NCBI GenBank assembly: GCA_043825735.1
Contig: JBDRRP010000073.1
Coordinates: 11,826 to 75,825, forward strand
DNA length: 64,000 nucleotides
From: Pseudomonadota bacterium
Lineage (GTDB): Bacteria; Desulfobacterota; Desulfobacteria; Desulfobacterales; JBDRRP01
Direction of reading: 5' to 3'
The stretch's first letter is position 1. Each line of letters opens with the position of its first letter. Made by a program: the position numbers and the translations under genes. This document shows positions 10,236 to 20,223 of the stretch, one piece after another. The notes under the pieces were generated by a model. It saw only the letters and a list, made by a program, of their open reading frames with translations. It had not been told where the DNA came from and ran no database searches.

Positions 10236-11171
10236 ATGCCTACCCCTTCGAATTCCGAGCGCCATGTGGGCCTGGCCGCTGCACTCTCAGCCTATCTCAT
10301 CTGGGGGTTCAGTCCCATTTACTGGAAAAGCCTCCAGGCGGTGCCGGCCTTTGAAATTCTCATGCACCGCGTTGTCTGGTCGTTCGTATTTCTGGCGCCC
10401 CTGGTTTTGCTCCAGCACCGGGGGCCGGAGTTCATGTCGGCCCTGCGCTCCCGCAAAACCCTCATGGCGCTGGGGGCCTCCACGCTGCTGGTGAGCGTGA
10501 ACTGGTTTTTGTTCATCTGGGCCATCAACAGCGGCCACATCCTCCAGACGAGCCTCGGCTACTACATCGCCCCGCTGGTCAATGTGCTCCTGGGGATGGT
10601 GATTCTCAAAGAACGGCTGCGGCGGCTTCAGATCATCGCTCTGGTTCTGGCGACCGCCGGCGTTTTGTTTCTCACCCTCCGCTTCGGCAAGTTTCCCTGG
10701 GTATCACTGTCGCTGGCGTTCAGCTTCGGGTTTTACGGTCTCATCCGGAAAGTCGCACCGGTCGGAGCCCTGGTGGGCCTCACCGTCGAAACCCTGGTAT
10801 TGTCCCTGCCGGCAGCGGTCTATCTGGGGATTCTGGATGCGACCGGCAGCGGCTGCTTTCTTCGAGCGGGCGGGTCGGTCAGCCTCCTGCTCATGGGCGC
10901 CGCCCTGGTGACCGCCCTGCCCCTGTTGCTGTTCACCGTCGGGGCCCGTCGCCTGCACTACACCACCATCGGGTTTCTCCAATACACCGCCCCAAGCTGC
11001 ACATTCCTGCTGGCAACGCGCGTTTACAGAGAACCGCTGCAAGCCGGGCAACTGGCCGCCTTCGGCCTCATATGGGTCGCCCTGGTCTTTTACTCGGTGG
11101 ATGCCGCAAGGGCCTACCGAAATAACGGCAAAGCGCGTCGTCAGGCCGCACAACGTCACAGTGACACCTGA
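10236..11171 (+). CDS. rarD: EamA-family transporter RarD
   Basis: 10-TM-like protein with the N-terminal YLIWGFSPIYWK signature of RarD; start at ATG 10236 preferred over the upstream TTG. Confidence 0.8.
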   Translation: MPTPSNSERHVGLAAALSAYLIWGFSPIYWKSLQAVPAFEILMHRVVWSFVFLAPLVLLQHRGPEFMSALRSRKTLMALGASTLLVSVNWFLFIWAINSGHILQTSLGYYIAPLVNVLLGMVILKERLRRLQIIALVLATAGVLFLTLRFGKFPWVSLSLAFSFGFYGLIRKVAPVGALVGLTVETLVLSLPAAVYLGILDATGSGCFLRAGGSVSLLLMGAALVTALPLLLFTVGARRLHYTTIGFLQYTAPSCTFLLATRVYREPLQAGQLAAFGLIWVALVFYSVDAARAYRNNGKARRQAAQRHSDT

Positions 11172-11298
11172 TTGACCGCAGGGTGAAAAGTGAAGGCTGA
11201 ACGGGCGGCGTGAATGTCGGGCGGATTATCCCTGGTGCAGAAGCAAAAATCGATGTTGAACGACCAATTTTGATAAAGCCGTAAAAAGTCTGAAATCA

Positions 11299-11377
11299 CC
11301 ACAGAGGACGCAGAGAGCACAGAGATAAATCATTAATAATTCATGGTATTCTCTGTGGCCCTCTGCGATCTCTGCGG
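11299..11377. repeat. 79-nt palindromic CAGAG/CTCTG element
   Basis: CCACAGAGGACGCAGAGAGCACAGAG..ATTAATAATTCAT..CTCTGTGGCCCTCTGCGATCTCTGCGG; reverse complement of the copy at 18911-18989. Confidence 0.8.
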
Positions 11378-11408
11378 TTTAAAAACACTTTTTACGGGAG
11401 CATCATTC

Positions 11409-11717
11409 TTAACCGGGCAGCTGAATGGCGCGCTTTTCAGGATCGGGCTGGTAGCGGAAAAAAATGGCGGTGTGCCCCACCATTCCCACCATCTCACTGG
11501 CACTGCCTTCGGCAATCCGGGCGGTGATCGCTTTTTTTTGATCCTTTTCCTTATGCTCGTTGAACTTGATCTTGATCAGTTCGTGGCGTTCCAGCGCATC
11601 GTTGATGAACCGCAGGACCGTATCGGTGAGACCGTGCTGACCGATCAATACGAGGGGTTTAAGACTGTGGGCGAGGCCCCGAAGGTATTTGCGCTGTGTT
11701 CCGGTGAGTGGTGTCAT
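11409..11717 (-). CDS. yhbY: Ribosome-assembly RNA-binding protein YhbY (CRM domain)
   Basis: MTPLTGTQRKYLRGLAHSLKPLVLIGQHGLTDTVL..HELIKIK; start at ATG 11717. The longer ORF runs through a repeat. Confidence 0.85.
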   Translation of the reverse strand: MTPLTGTQRKYLRGLAHSLKPLVLIGQHGLTDTVLRFINDALERHELIKIKFNEHKEKDQKKAITARIAEGSASEMVGMVGHTAIFFRYQPDPEKRAIQLPG

Positions 11718-11775
11718 GATGGTTGGGCTTTCTCGGCTTAAAAATCCGGGTATTTTGCCATTTAGTTGAAGAAAA

Positions 11776-11813
11776 GGGTTCAAGGGGCCAAGGGGCCAAG
11801 GGTTCAAGTGAAG
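11776..11813. repeat. Short tandem GGTTCAAGG/GGCCAAGG repeat
   Basis: GGGTTCAAGGGGCCAAGGGGCCAAGGGTTCAAGTGAAG; second copy of the family at 14838-14878. Confidence 0.65.
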
Positions 11814-11943
11814 ACACTGGGCGTTATTCATTGCTCTTGCGGCCGGTCGCCGATCCCATCAGCATGTTATCGGAGACACTGGCCTGTTGCAGCAATCGCG
11901 TATTACTGGGGATCACACCGACTGTCCAGAAAAAACGATGCGA

Positions 11944-12498
11944 TCAGCGCCACGGCAGCCAGCGCCTTAGGGCAGACACCAGTGATGGACGCGAAACGTC
12001 GGCGACCATCGCTGCGCTCGCAGCGGCCAGATCCGGTCGCTGCTCCAGTATGAGCCGGGCGGCCAGACGGGCCGCTTCGCCCGTAATTCCGGCGCAGTGC
12101 TCAAAGTGAAGCTGCGTGTCATGGCGCACCTTGCGACACAGGACACGGCAACAGGCGCTGCCGAAGCGTTCGGCGAATTTTCCGTGGAACTGGTTGGCGA
12201 ACTTTCGAGACCGGCGCCGGTGCCGGTAGGCCTCACCGTTTCCGGTAAACAGTCCTATCGCCAGTACCGCACCACTGAGGGCGCCGCAGGTACATCCGCT
12301 GCCGCCCATGCCTTCGGAAAACGGCGCCGAGAGCGCCACCGCATGAGCATCCGTTAACCCGCCGCCCAACGCGCTGTTGAGCGCCAGCAGCACAGACTCG
12401 GCGCACATATAGGACCGGGATTCGAAATGAATCCGGGCCAGCTCACCGATGGCCGCCACCTTTTTTTCCGCATCCGCCGTCATGATATCCCCAAACAA
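11944..12498 (-). CDS. C_GCAxxG_C_C family protein
   Basis: YMCAESVLLAL.. and GCTCGALSGAVLAIG match the C-GCAxxG-C-C signature. Confidence 0.8.
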   Translation of the reverse strand: MFGDIMTADAEKKVAAIGELARIHFESRSYMCAESVLLALNSALGGGLTDAHAVALSAPFSEGMGGSGCTCGALSGAVLAIGLFTGNGEAYRHRRRSRKFANQFHGKFAERFGSACCRVLCRKVRHDTQLHFEHCAGITGEAARLAARLILEQRPDLAAASAAMVADVSRPSLVSALRRWLPWR

Positions 12499-12531
12499 TC
12501 ACCAATTGATGAATCCGCAAAAAAGCAATTT

Positions 12532-12614
12532 TCTCGCAAAGACGCCAAGTGCGCAAAGAAAAACATTTTTAATATCAATCCTTTAGATTTGCGATCTCTG
12601 TGGCTTCGCGAGAG
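12532..12614. repeat. Degenerate member of the palindromic CGCAAAG/CTCTG repeat family
   Basis: TCTCGCAAAGACGCCAAGTGCGCAAAG..AT-rich centre..GCGATCTCTGTGGCTTCGCGAGAGA. Confidence 0.55.
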
Positions 12615-12780
12615 ATGCGGATTTTTTACGGCATCATCAAAAATTTGGCCGCAACGACATGTCGCAGTCGCGGACCACCGAAAACAATCACCCCGCCATG
12701 ATAATCATGGCAGGGTGATGTGCAAACACCTTCGTACACCGCCGACTTAGTGCCCAGCCATGGGAAGCCTCTTGCTCCCG

Positions 12781-12885
12781 CTCCCTTGATGGGAGAGGGC
12801 CGGGGTGAGGGTGACACCCCACCGATAACAAGTGATCATCTTAGCGACCCGTCCCCTCCCCTGGCCCCTCCCGCAAGGGGAGGGG
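12781..12885. repeat. GC-rich palindromic motifs (GGGAGAGGGCCGGGGTGAGGGTGA; CCCCTCCC-GCAA-GGGGAGGGG)
   Basis: Read directly; the tight hairpin lies at about 12866-12885, in the intergenic region downstream of the rhodanese gene. Confidence 0.5.
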
Positions 12886-12901
12886 TATCTACGGATGGAC
12901 A

Positions 12902-13435
12902 CTACTTAACCTCCGCGACCGGAAAGTCAGCGCCTTTCCAGGCGAAGATGCCGCCGGGGAACCGGACCACGTTTTTATAGCCAAGTTTTTTGGCCCATAC
13001 GGCACCGTTGTGACTGCGTGTGCATTTGACGAATCCGCAATAGACCACAATGGTCTTGTCTTTGTCAGTCCCCAGCAGGGTTTCGTAGTCGGCCTCGCTC
13101 TTGCCATCGGTTTCCTTGGTGTCCCAGAGCGTCATATCCGGGATGGGAAACAGGAACTGAACGGCCCCGGGGACATGGGCCTTCTTGTAACTGTCCGCGT
13201 AGGGCATGGTGTCGACGATGACCATGTCTTTTCCCTGGTCCATCCAAGCCTTGAGCTCGGCGGTGGTCACCACGTCGTAGCCGCCCTTCTGGACTTCGCG
13301 GACCAGCTTGACGGCCCCTTGCTCTTTTTCCACTTCGGCCTCGAACTTGTTCATGAATGCCGCTGCCGGCGCTGCGACGATCAGCAGGCATAATAGCGCT
13401 GATGCCAGAGCCAGCCAGTTACAAAATCTTGCCAT
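12902..13435 (-). CDS. Secreted rhodanese-domain sulfurtransferase
   Basis: Signal-peptide-like N-terminus and active-site loop VVYCGFVKCTRS. Confidence 0.85.
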   Translation of the reverse strand: MARFCNWLALASALLCLLIVAAPAAAFMNKFEAEVEKEQGAVKLVREVQKGGYDVVTTAELKAWMDQGKDMVIVDTMPYADSYKKAHVPGAVQFLFPIPDMTLWDTKETDGKSEADYETLLGTDKDKTIVVYCGFVKCTRSHNGAVWAKKLGYKNVVRFPGGIFAWKGADFPVAEVK

Positions 13436-13904
13436 GGGTCACACTCCTATAAATGGATTCCGAAAAATATTTAAAAGACACCGGCCTTAACTGCCGATGT
13501 CGACGCCACCAGTACAGGGCGACAACGGCCGCCATCATCATCGCGTCACGGAAAAGTGCCCCGCGCAGTCCGTGGAAGGCCTCCGCCTCAGGATCATCCG
13601 GCCCGAAACACCCGCAGTCCACATCCAGCCCCATCCACAGGCCATAGGCTAAAATCGCCATAAACAGCAGCAGCAGCAGCGCAATGGCGCTCAGGCTGCC
13701 CCGTAGGTCGCCCAACAGGGCGGCGCCGGCAAGCACCTCCGCTGCCGGAAGCACAATGGCCGCCGGCATCACCAGGATATCGGGAAGGATCCCGTAAGCT
13801 CCAATGAGCGCGGCAAACGTCTGCGGTGCCACCAGTTTGGTGCCGCCGGCAAAAATGAACACCCCGCCAAGCAGCCACCGCACGACAATGTAGATTCGAT
13901 GCAT
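13419..13904 (-). CDS. MauE/DoxX-family membrane protein
   Basis: Four hydrophobic helices and a DCGCFG motif; start placed at the ATG giving MHRIYIVVRW (the longer ORF start at 14051 is possible). Confidence 0.65.
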   Translation of the reverse strand: MHRIYIVVRWLLGGVFIFAGGTKLVAPQTFAALIGAYGILPDILVMPAAIVLPAAEVLAGAALLGDLRGSLSAIALLLLLFMAILAYGLWMGLDVDCGCFGPDDPEAEAFHGLRGALFRDAMMMAAVVALYWWRRHRQLRPVSFKYFSESIYRSVTHGKIL

Positions 13905-14287
13905 TTCCAGAGTTCCCCCGGGACCACCGGCGGCCTTGCCGCCACCGGCCTGTTCGCTCACAGCGGAAAACTTACCGCCGGAGCCCAGGGAAAATCCAAT
14001 TTTTTGATTCGATGACATCCGGCAAACGGATAGAGCGTTTCTATCACGCACCGAAAGCGCTGCTTTTAATAGTATTGTAGGATAGTTGCCTCCATATTCG
14101 GCCTTGACAGGCAGGCATCGATGATTACCATAGCGGCCGACACAGAATTTGCAGGATATCTATATTTTTTTGTATTTTTCCAGCAGGTTATCCAGATGCG
14201 TCGAGGTAGAAAGGGATTGCACAAACCGCCCATGTGCGCTAAGGGACGGCGGGCGATCGAATAACCCCCTGCACGTTGGAGGATGAC

Positions 14288-14461
14288 ATGTCCAAGCAGA
14301 TTTGTCCGGTATGCGCTCACATCATTTTGCCCTATGAACTGTGCTGCCCGGTTTGCAACGGCGAAGACCTTTGCCGCGATGCGGGCTATGACGCCGGATC
14401 CGGTGATGATGATTTTGGCGACATGATGGCCGATGCCCCGGATCAGTTGACGACGTACTGA
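14288..14461 (+). CDS. Small CxxC..CxxC zinc-ribbon protein with acidic tail
   Basis: MSKQICPVCAHIILPYELCCPVCNGEDLC..; short, so coding status is uncertain. Confidence 0.4.
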   Translation: MSKQICPVCAHIILPYELCCPVCNGEDLCRDAGYDAGSGDDDFGDMMADAPDQLTTY

Positions 14462-14522
14462 GGCCGATCACCGGCGCCGACCTCGGGTCGGCGCGCCGGA
14501 TCAGCGCAAAGGAGGCGTGTCG

Positions 14523-14837
14523 ATGCCGGTTTATGAATACGAACACAAAGAGGGCGCCTGCAAACTGGGAAAAACCTTCGACGCTGTTCAGTCCATCAAG
14601 GATGAGACCCTGACCGTCTGCCCCAACTGCGGGCAGCCCGTGACAAAGCTCATCTCCCTGGCCAGCGTCAGCGTCCAGCGATCCAACGCCGAGCTGAGGG
14701 ATCTTGGGTTCACCAAACTCGTAAAAAGAGATAACGGCGTCTACGAAAACGTGACGCGCCGAGACGGGGAAGCCCGATATATGGAGCAGGGTAAACCCGA
14801 AACCATGCCCAATTTGAAAAAGACCATAAAAGACTAA
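14523..14837 (+). CDS. FmdB-family zinc-ribbon protein
   Basis: MPVYEYEHKEGAC..CPNCG is the typical FmdB/CxxC_CxxC_SSSS N-terminus. Confidence 0.8.
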   Translation: MPVYEYEHKEGACKLGKTFDAVQSIKDETLTVCPNCGQPVTKLISLASVSVQRSNAELRDLGFTKLVKRDNGVYENVTRRDGEARYMEQGKPETMPNLKKTIKD

Positions 14838-14878
14838 GGGGCCGAGGGTTCAAGGGTTCAAGGGTCCGAGTGAAAAGG
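14838..14878. repeat. Short tandem GGTTCAAGG repeat (second copy of the family)
   Basis: GGGGCCGAGGGTTCAAGGGTTCAAGGGTCCGAGTGAAAAGG. Confidence 0.65.
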
Positions 14879-14939
14879 TTCTAATGAAACGGAAAAATAT
14901 GTCGGCGGACCGCACGTTTTTAGGCCGCCTGAAGCAGGT

Positions 14940-15908
14940 TTGCGTTTTGAAGACAACGGGGAGGTCATCAATTTGATCCACATCGATCAACTGACAAAGT
15001 ACTACGACGGCTTCTGTGCGGTTGACGGCATCAGCCTGAATATCCCCAAGGGGGAAATCCTCGGCCTGCTGGGCCCCAACGGCGCCGGAAAGACGACCAC
15101 TTTGCGCATGCTTACCGGCTATCTCAAAGCCAGTGCCGGCGCCATCCAGGTCAAGGATTTCAACATGACCGAGCATCCGCTTGAAATCAAACAACTCATG
15201 GGCTACCTGCCGGAATCCGCCCCATTGTACCACGGCATGCTGGTCTACGATTACCTGCGCTACGTGGCCCGCATCAGAGGGCTCGAAGGCGACCGGCTCG
15301 AAAATCGCATCCGTGAGTTGGCCGACATCTGTGCGATCGGCGACATCATGCACCGGACCATCGGTGAACTCTCCAAGGGTCTCAAACAGCGGGTGGGACT
15401 TGCCCACGCGATGATGAGCGACCCGGAGATTCTCGTCCTCGACGAGCCCACATCCGGCCTGGACCCCAACCAGATTGTGGAAATCCGCGAAATCATCCGC
15501 CACGTGGGAAAAGAAAAGACCGTCATTTTATCCACCCACATCCTCAGCGAAGCTGAGGCCACCTGCGACCGTATCGTCATCATCAACAAGGGGCGGATCA
15601 TTGCCGACGGCACCGCTGACGAATTGAAGCATTCGGCGGGCCGTAAAAGTCAGATCACCGTCACCCTCGCCGATGCCCCGGAAAGCGCGGCACAAACGCT
15701 GGGGGCGCTCGACGGCGTGACCGCCGTAACACCCGTCGATACCGAAGACGCGGATACCCGCCGTTTCAAACTTGACGCCGAGAGCGGATCGACGGTGCCG
15801 GCAGCCATCTATCGCCGCATCAAGGAAACAGACTGGACACTGCTCGAACTCCACCGGGAAACCCATGATCTGGAAACCATATTCCGCGAACTGACGAGGG
15901 AGAACTGA
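14940..15908 (+). CDS. ABC transporter ATP-binding protein (GldA-like)
   Basis: Walker A GLLGPNGAGKTT, signature LSKGLKQRV, Walker B ILVLDEPTSGLD; exact start uncertain. Confidence 0.9.
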   Translation: MRFEDNGEVINLIHIDQLTKYYDGFCAVDGISLNIPKGEILGLLGPNGAGKTTTLRMLTGYLKASAGAIQVKDFNMTEHPLEIKQLMGYLPESAPLYHGMLVYDYLRYVARIRGLEGDRLENRIRELADICAIGDIMHRTIGELSKGLKQRVGLAHAMMSDPEILVLDEPTSGLDPNQIVEIREIIRHVGKEKTVILSTHILSEAEATCDRIVIINKGRIIADGTADELKHSAGRKSQITVTLADAPESAAQTLGALDGVTAVTPVDTEDADTRRFKLDAESGSTVPAAIYRRIKETDWTLLELHRETHDLETIFRELTREN

Positions 15909-15909
15909 T

Positions 15910-16614
15910 ATGCAGCAGGCCGTGCAGATCTTTGCCAAAGAATTCCGGGACTATTTCGTGTCCCCCATCGCCTATATCGTCATCGCCATCTTCCTGCTGG
16001 TGGTCGGATGGTTTTTCTTCACACCGTTTTTTCTTTTCAACCAGGCCAGCCTTCGCAGCTTTTTCAGCCTCCTGCCACCGGTCTTCGCCTTTGTGATCCC
16101 TGCGGTCACCATGCGCCTGATCAGCGAGGAGCTCAACATCGGCTCCTACGAGACCCTCATGACCCTGCCGTTGAAAGGCCGCGACATCATCCTGGGCAAA
16201 TACGCCGCCGCCGTTGCCTTTGTGGCCTGCATGCTGCTGCCCACGGTCTTTTATGCGGTGAGCGTCAGCCTTCTGGGCAATCTGGACTGGGGACCTGTGG
16301 TGGGCGGACTTCTGGGAGCCCTGCTGCTGGGCAGCGCCTTTTCGGCAATCGGGCTCTTCGCCTCGGCCCTGACGCGCAATCAGATCATTTCCTTCATCGT
16401 GGCCGTGGCCATCTGCTTTACGTTGACCACCATCGATCGGATGCTGTTTTTCTTTCCCCAACGGGCGCTCGAGATCATCGCCTACCTGGGCGCCGGCGCC
16501 CACTTTGCGAACATCGCCAAGGGGATTGTCGACTCGCGCGATATCCTCTACTTTCTCAGCATCAGTTTCATCGGCCTTTCAGCTACGGCAATGGTCATGG
16601 ATGAAAAGAAATAA
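15910..16614 (+). CDS. ABC-2 type permease (GldF-like)
   Basis: 234-aa six-TM-like protein directly coupled to the ATPase gene. Confidence 0.85.
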   Translation: MQQAVQIFAKEFRDYFVSPIAYIVIAIFLLVVGWFFFTPFFLFNQASLRSFFSLLPPVFAFVIPAVTMRLISEELNIGSYETLMTLPLKGRDIILGKYAAAVAFVACMLLPTVFYAVSVSLLGNLDWGPVVGGLLGALLLGSAFSAIGLFASALTRNQIISFIVAVAICFTLTTIDRMLFFFPQRALEIIAYLGAGAHFANIAKGIVDSRDILYFLSISFIGLSATAMVMDEKK

Positions 16615-16623
16615 GGAGACCGC

Positions 16624-18810
16624 ATGAACGTGAAGGCTTCGATCCGTCCATACTTTCGCCTGCTGCTCTATGTCGCGGCGGTTGTCCTGATCAATGTGGT
16701 CGGCATAACGCTGTTTTTCCGCCTGGACTTGACTAAAAACGGGGTTTATTCGCTTTCCAAGGTGAGCAAATCGGTGGTGGCCACGCTCAGCGAACCACTC
16801 ACCATCAACGTCTTTTTCACAAAGAACCTACCCGCCCCCCACAACGGCACCGAGCGCTACCTGCGAGACCTCCTTGAAGAATACGCCCTTAACGGGAACC
16901 GTTTTTTCAACTACAAGTTCTACGACGTGAGCCCGGAGAGCGAAAGCCTCGATGCGTCGGCCGCGGGCAACCGCAAACTGGCCGCCGACTACGGCGTGCA
17001 TCCCGTGCAGATCCAGATCGTCGAAAACGACGAGGTCAAGTTCAAAAACGCCTACATGGGACTGGTCATCATCCATGGCGACGTGGTCGAGCGGATACCG
17101 GCGATCACTTCCACCGCCGGGCTTGAATACAAGCTCACCACGGCGATCCAGAAGCTCAATAACAAGATCAGCGCACTGCTGGCGCTCAAGGACAAGATTC
17201 ACATCAAGCTGATCCTGTCCAGATCGATGTCGGTCATTGCCCCGTATATGGGGCTCAACCAGCTCCCGCAACTGCCCGACGAGATCAAAGCCGTCGTGGA
17301 CCGTCTGAACACCGCCAACTACGGCGCCCTGGCCTATGAAACCATTGATCCGGCCACTCCTGCGGATCAGGATGCTGCTGTCAAGGCCTATCACATCCGC
17401 GCCCTGGAATGGCCCGCCATCGCCGAAGCAAACATCGCCCCGGGCCGCGGCGTGATCGGCCTGATCATGGAGCACGACGGCAAATCCATTCAGCTGCCGC
17501 TGCTTTCCGCCATCCAGATCCCTATTCTCGGCACCCGCTACCAGCTTGCGGAAGCCGGGCAGTTGGAAGAAATCATCACCGCCGCCCTGGAGTCCATCGT
17601 CAACATCAACGAGGATCTTGGACTTATTACCAGCCACGGCAGCTTGAGCGCGGCTGCCGGCCCCCAGGCTCAGCAAGGCGGCGGATTGGGCAATTTCTCC
17701 CGCCTGGTGTCCGGCACGTACAGCCTCAAACGCATCGATCTGGGCAAGGAAGACATTCCCGCTGGCCTAAAAAGCGTTGTCATCGCCCGGCCCACCCAGC
17801 CCTTCAGCGATGCCGAACTCTATCAGATCGACCAGGCGCTCATGCGCGGCACCAACCTGTTGGTGTTCGTGGACGCCTTTGAGGAAGTCATGCCTCAGCA
17901 AAACTTCGGCATGCGCCAGGGACCCGAGTACCGACCGCTGAACACCGGCCTCGACAAGCTGCTCAACCACTATGGGGTGCGGGTCGAAAAGGCCTATGTC
18001 CTGGATGAAAACTGCTACTCGCAGCAGGTGCCACAGTCGATGGGCGGGGGCGAGCGCAAGATCTACTTCGCCCCGATGATTCAGAACAAACACATCAACA
18101 ACCGTCTCGAATTCATGAAAAATATCCGGGGCCTCATCGCCGTCAAGATCTCCCCGCTGAGCGCCGATCCGGACGCGTTGAAGCGGCAGGGGGCCACCGC
18201 TGACATCGTCTTCAGCTCATCGGACCGATCCTGGGAAATGAAAGACAACATCAATCTGAACCCCATGTTCATGGCACCGCCCCAGGCCGCCGCCGAGCTG
18301 CGCTCTTACCCCTTGGGCTACCTCCTGGGGGGCCGTTTCACGAGCTACTTCTCCGGCAAGCCGGTACCCGCCCGCACCCAGGAGAAACCGGCCGGGGAAA
18401 CCCCGGAAGCGGACGGCAAACAGGCTGAAGACACCCGGGATATGTCCATGATCCAGGGCAGCGGCGGTTTCATCGAAAAAGGACAGCCCGCCCAGATCTT
18501 CCTCCTGGCAGCGTCGGAGATGATTCGCGACAACGTCCTGGATGCCGATGACAACACACCCAACGGCACCTTCATCATGAATGCCATCGATGCCCTCAAC
18601 GGTCGATCGGACGTCGCCGCCATGCGGGGCAAGCAGCAGCAGTTCAACCCCCTCGACGAAACCACGGCAGCCACCAAAGCGCTCATCAAATGGGCGAATA
18701 TCGCGGGGCTACCGGTGATGGTGGTTCTTTTCGGAATCGCCGTCTGGATCCGGCGCAGCGCCCGGCGAAAGCACATCCAGGCGGATTTCGCCGGAAAAAC
18801 GGCGCTCTGA
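16624..18810 (+). CDS. GldG-family auxiliary component of ABC-type transport system
   Basis: 728 aa with N- and C-terminal TM anchors and a large periplasmic part; conserved position after the GldA/GldF-like genes. Confidence 0.8.
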   Translation: MNVKASIRPYFRLLLYVAAVVLINVVGITLFFRLDLTKNGVYSLSKVSKSVVATLSEPLTINVFFTKNLPAPHNGTERYLRDLLEEYALNGNRFFNYKFYDVSPESESLDASAAGNRKLAADYGVHPVQIQIVENDEVKFKNAYMGLVIIHGDVVERIPAITSTAGLEYKLTTAIQKLNNKISALLALKDKIHIKLILSRSMSVIAPYMGLNQLPQLPDEIKAVVDRLNTANYGALAYETIDPATPADQDAAVKAYHIRALEWPAIAEANIAPGRGVIGLIMEHDGKSIQLPLLSAIQIPILGTRYQLAEAGQLEEIITAALESIVNINEDLGLITSHGSLSAAAGPQAQQGGGLGNFSRLVSGTYSLKRIDLGKEDIPAGLKSVVIARPTQPFSDAELYQIDQALMRGTNLLVFVDAFEEVMPQQNFGMRQGPEYRPLNTGLDKLLNHYGVRVEKAYVLDENCYSQQVPQSMGGGERKIYFAPMIQNKHINNRLEFMKNIRGLIAVKISPLSADPDALKRQGATADIVFSSSDRSWEMKDNINLNPMFMAPPQAAAELRSYPLGYLLGGRFTSYFSGKPVPARTQEKPAGETPEADGKQAEDTRDMSMIQGSGGFIEKGQPAQIFLLAASEMIRDNVLDADDNTPNGTFIMNAIDALNGRSDVAAMRGKQQQFNPLDETTAATKALIKWANIAGLPVMVVLFGIAVWIRRSARRKHIQADFAGKTAL

Positions 18811-18910
18811 GTAGTTGCGTCGCCGCCGACAAAGTCGATGACCCCTGAAGGGGATTGAAGATTCAAGCGGGATACACGCTGTTGGATGGGCACGGATAAG
18901 GCATTTTGAG

Positions 18911-18989
18911 CCACAGAGATCGCAGAGGCTCGCAGAGAATTCTATGAATTATTAATAACGTATCTCTGCGTTCTCTGCGCCCTCTGTGG
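18911..18989. repeat. 79-nt palindromic CAGAG/CTCTG element (inverted copy of 11299-11377)
   Basis: CCACAGAGATCGCAGAGGCTCGCAGAG..ATGAATTATTAAT..CTCTGCGTTCTCTGCGCCCTCTGTGG. Confidence 0.8.
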
Positions 18990-19040
18990 TGAAATAGGTT
19001 TTTCTACGAAGCAGATGAAGAAGCACAAAAGGAACTTGCC

Positions 19041-20039
19041 ATGCGCGTGAAGACCGAATACCTGGTGTTGACCGCCATCATCATCGCCGCTGCCGCCTAT
19101 CTGGTGCTGCACAAGCAAAACCGGGAGCACTATACACTCCCGAAACTGCCGTCGGTCGCCGTTGACAAGATCACCCGGGTCGAGATCGCCCGGAGCGCCC
19201 AGACCATCACGTTGACCAAAGACGGTGATATCTGGAAAATCACTCCGGGCGGCTATACGGCGGACGGCGCCAAAGTAAAAGGGATGCTCTCCGCCATCGC
19301 CGACCTGTCACTGACGGCCCTGGTGTCCGAATCAAAAGCCTACGCCCGCTACGACCTCTCGGAAGACAAACGCATCCGTGTCACGGCTTATGGTGGTGAC
19401 CGCCAGCTCGACAGTGTGGACATCGGAAAGGCTGCCGCCACATTCCAGCACACTTTCGTTAAACTTTCCGGTGACGACCGCGTGTATCACGGCGCCGGCG
19501 ATTTCAGGCGGCAGTTCGACCGCTCGGTGGAAGATCTGCGAGACAAGGTGATCATGACTTTTAAACCGGAAAAAGTAGAAGCCATCACCGCCGAGACCCT
19601 CACCGAGGCATTCGGTCTGGAACGAAAAACCGATCCGGCGGAAACAGCGGCAGCGCCGGCTGCCGCCGGCAGTGCGCCGGTTGCCGCCTGGGTGACTGCC
19701 GATGGCAGGGCGATCGCCGGCAGCGTTATCGATCCCTTCTTGAACCGGCTCAATCGGATGGAATGCAGCCGCTATCTTGACAACACGACACCGGAGGCGC
19801 TCGGAACACCCACTCTGACGGTGACCCTCGGTGGCGAAAAGGCCCTCAGTCTTCAGATATACCCTGAGATCTCCGGCATCACCGATGGCAAGCCCGCGGT
19901 TTCCTCCGAAAATCCTCAACCCTTTATTCTGTCATCGTGGCAGGTGGAAAGCCTTGAAGAAATGATCGGCGCCTGGAAGGCCGGCGAGAAAGCCGCTGCA
20001 GCGCCGATGCCGGGGAATAACCCGCCAAAGGCCCAATAA
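19041..20039 (+). CDS. DUF4340-like protein, usual partner of GldG-type systems
   Basis: N-terminal TM anchor, 332 aa, position after the gldG-like gene. Confidence 0.7.
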   Translation: MRVKTEYLVLTAIIIAAAAYLVLHKQNREHYTLPKLPSVAVDKITRVEIARSAQTITLTKDGDIWKITPGGYTADGAKVKGMLSAIADLSLTALVSESKAYARYDLSEDKRIRVTAYGGDRQLDSVDIGKAAATFQHTFVKLSGDDRVYHGAGDFRRQFDRSVEDLRDKVIMTFKPEKVEAITAETLTEAFGLERKTDPAETAAAPAAAGSAPVAAWVTADGRAIAGSVIDPFLNRLNRMECSRYLDNTTPEALGTPTLTVTLGGEKALSLQIYPEISGITDGKPAVSSENPQPFILSSWQVESLEEMIGAWKAGEKAAAAPMPGNNPPKAQ

Positions 20040-20044
20040 AAAAA

Positions 20045-20079
20045 GCCCGCGGAACAACGCCGCGGGCTTTATTTTTTTT
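20045..20079 (+). terminator. Rho-independent terminator
   Basis: GCCCGCGG (20045-20052) / CCGCGGGC (20060-20067) stem followed by a T-run. Confidence 0.85.
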
Positions 20080-20200
20080 CTCTCGCAAAGCCGCAAAGGG
20101 CGCAGGGAACTATAAAAGTCGAACAAAACCGAAATTAACCATTTTGGTGTTTGCGGTTTCTCCCGTCACAACGCAGCCGAGGGGGGCGGGGGATCGCTGG
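20080..20200. repeat. Composite dispersed repeat (CGCAAAG head plus TTGGTGTTTGCGGTTTCTCCC..GGGGGG..GATCGC tail)
   Basis: Collinear with 8786-8918 by eye. Confidence 0.7.
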
Positions 20201-20223
20201 AAGCACCAAGTCCACCATCCGGC

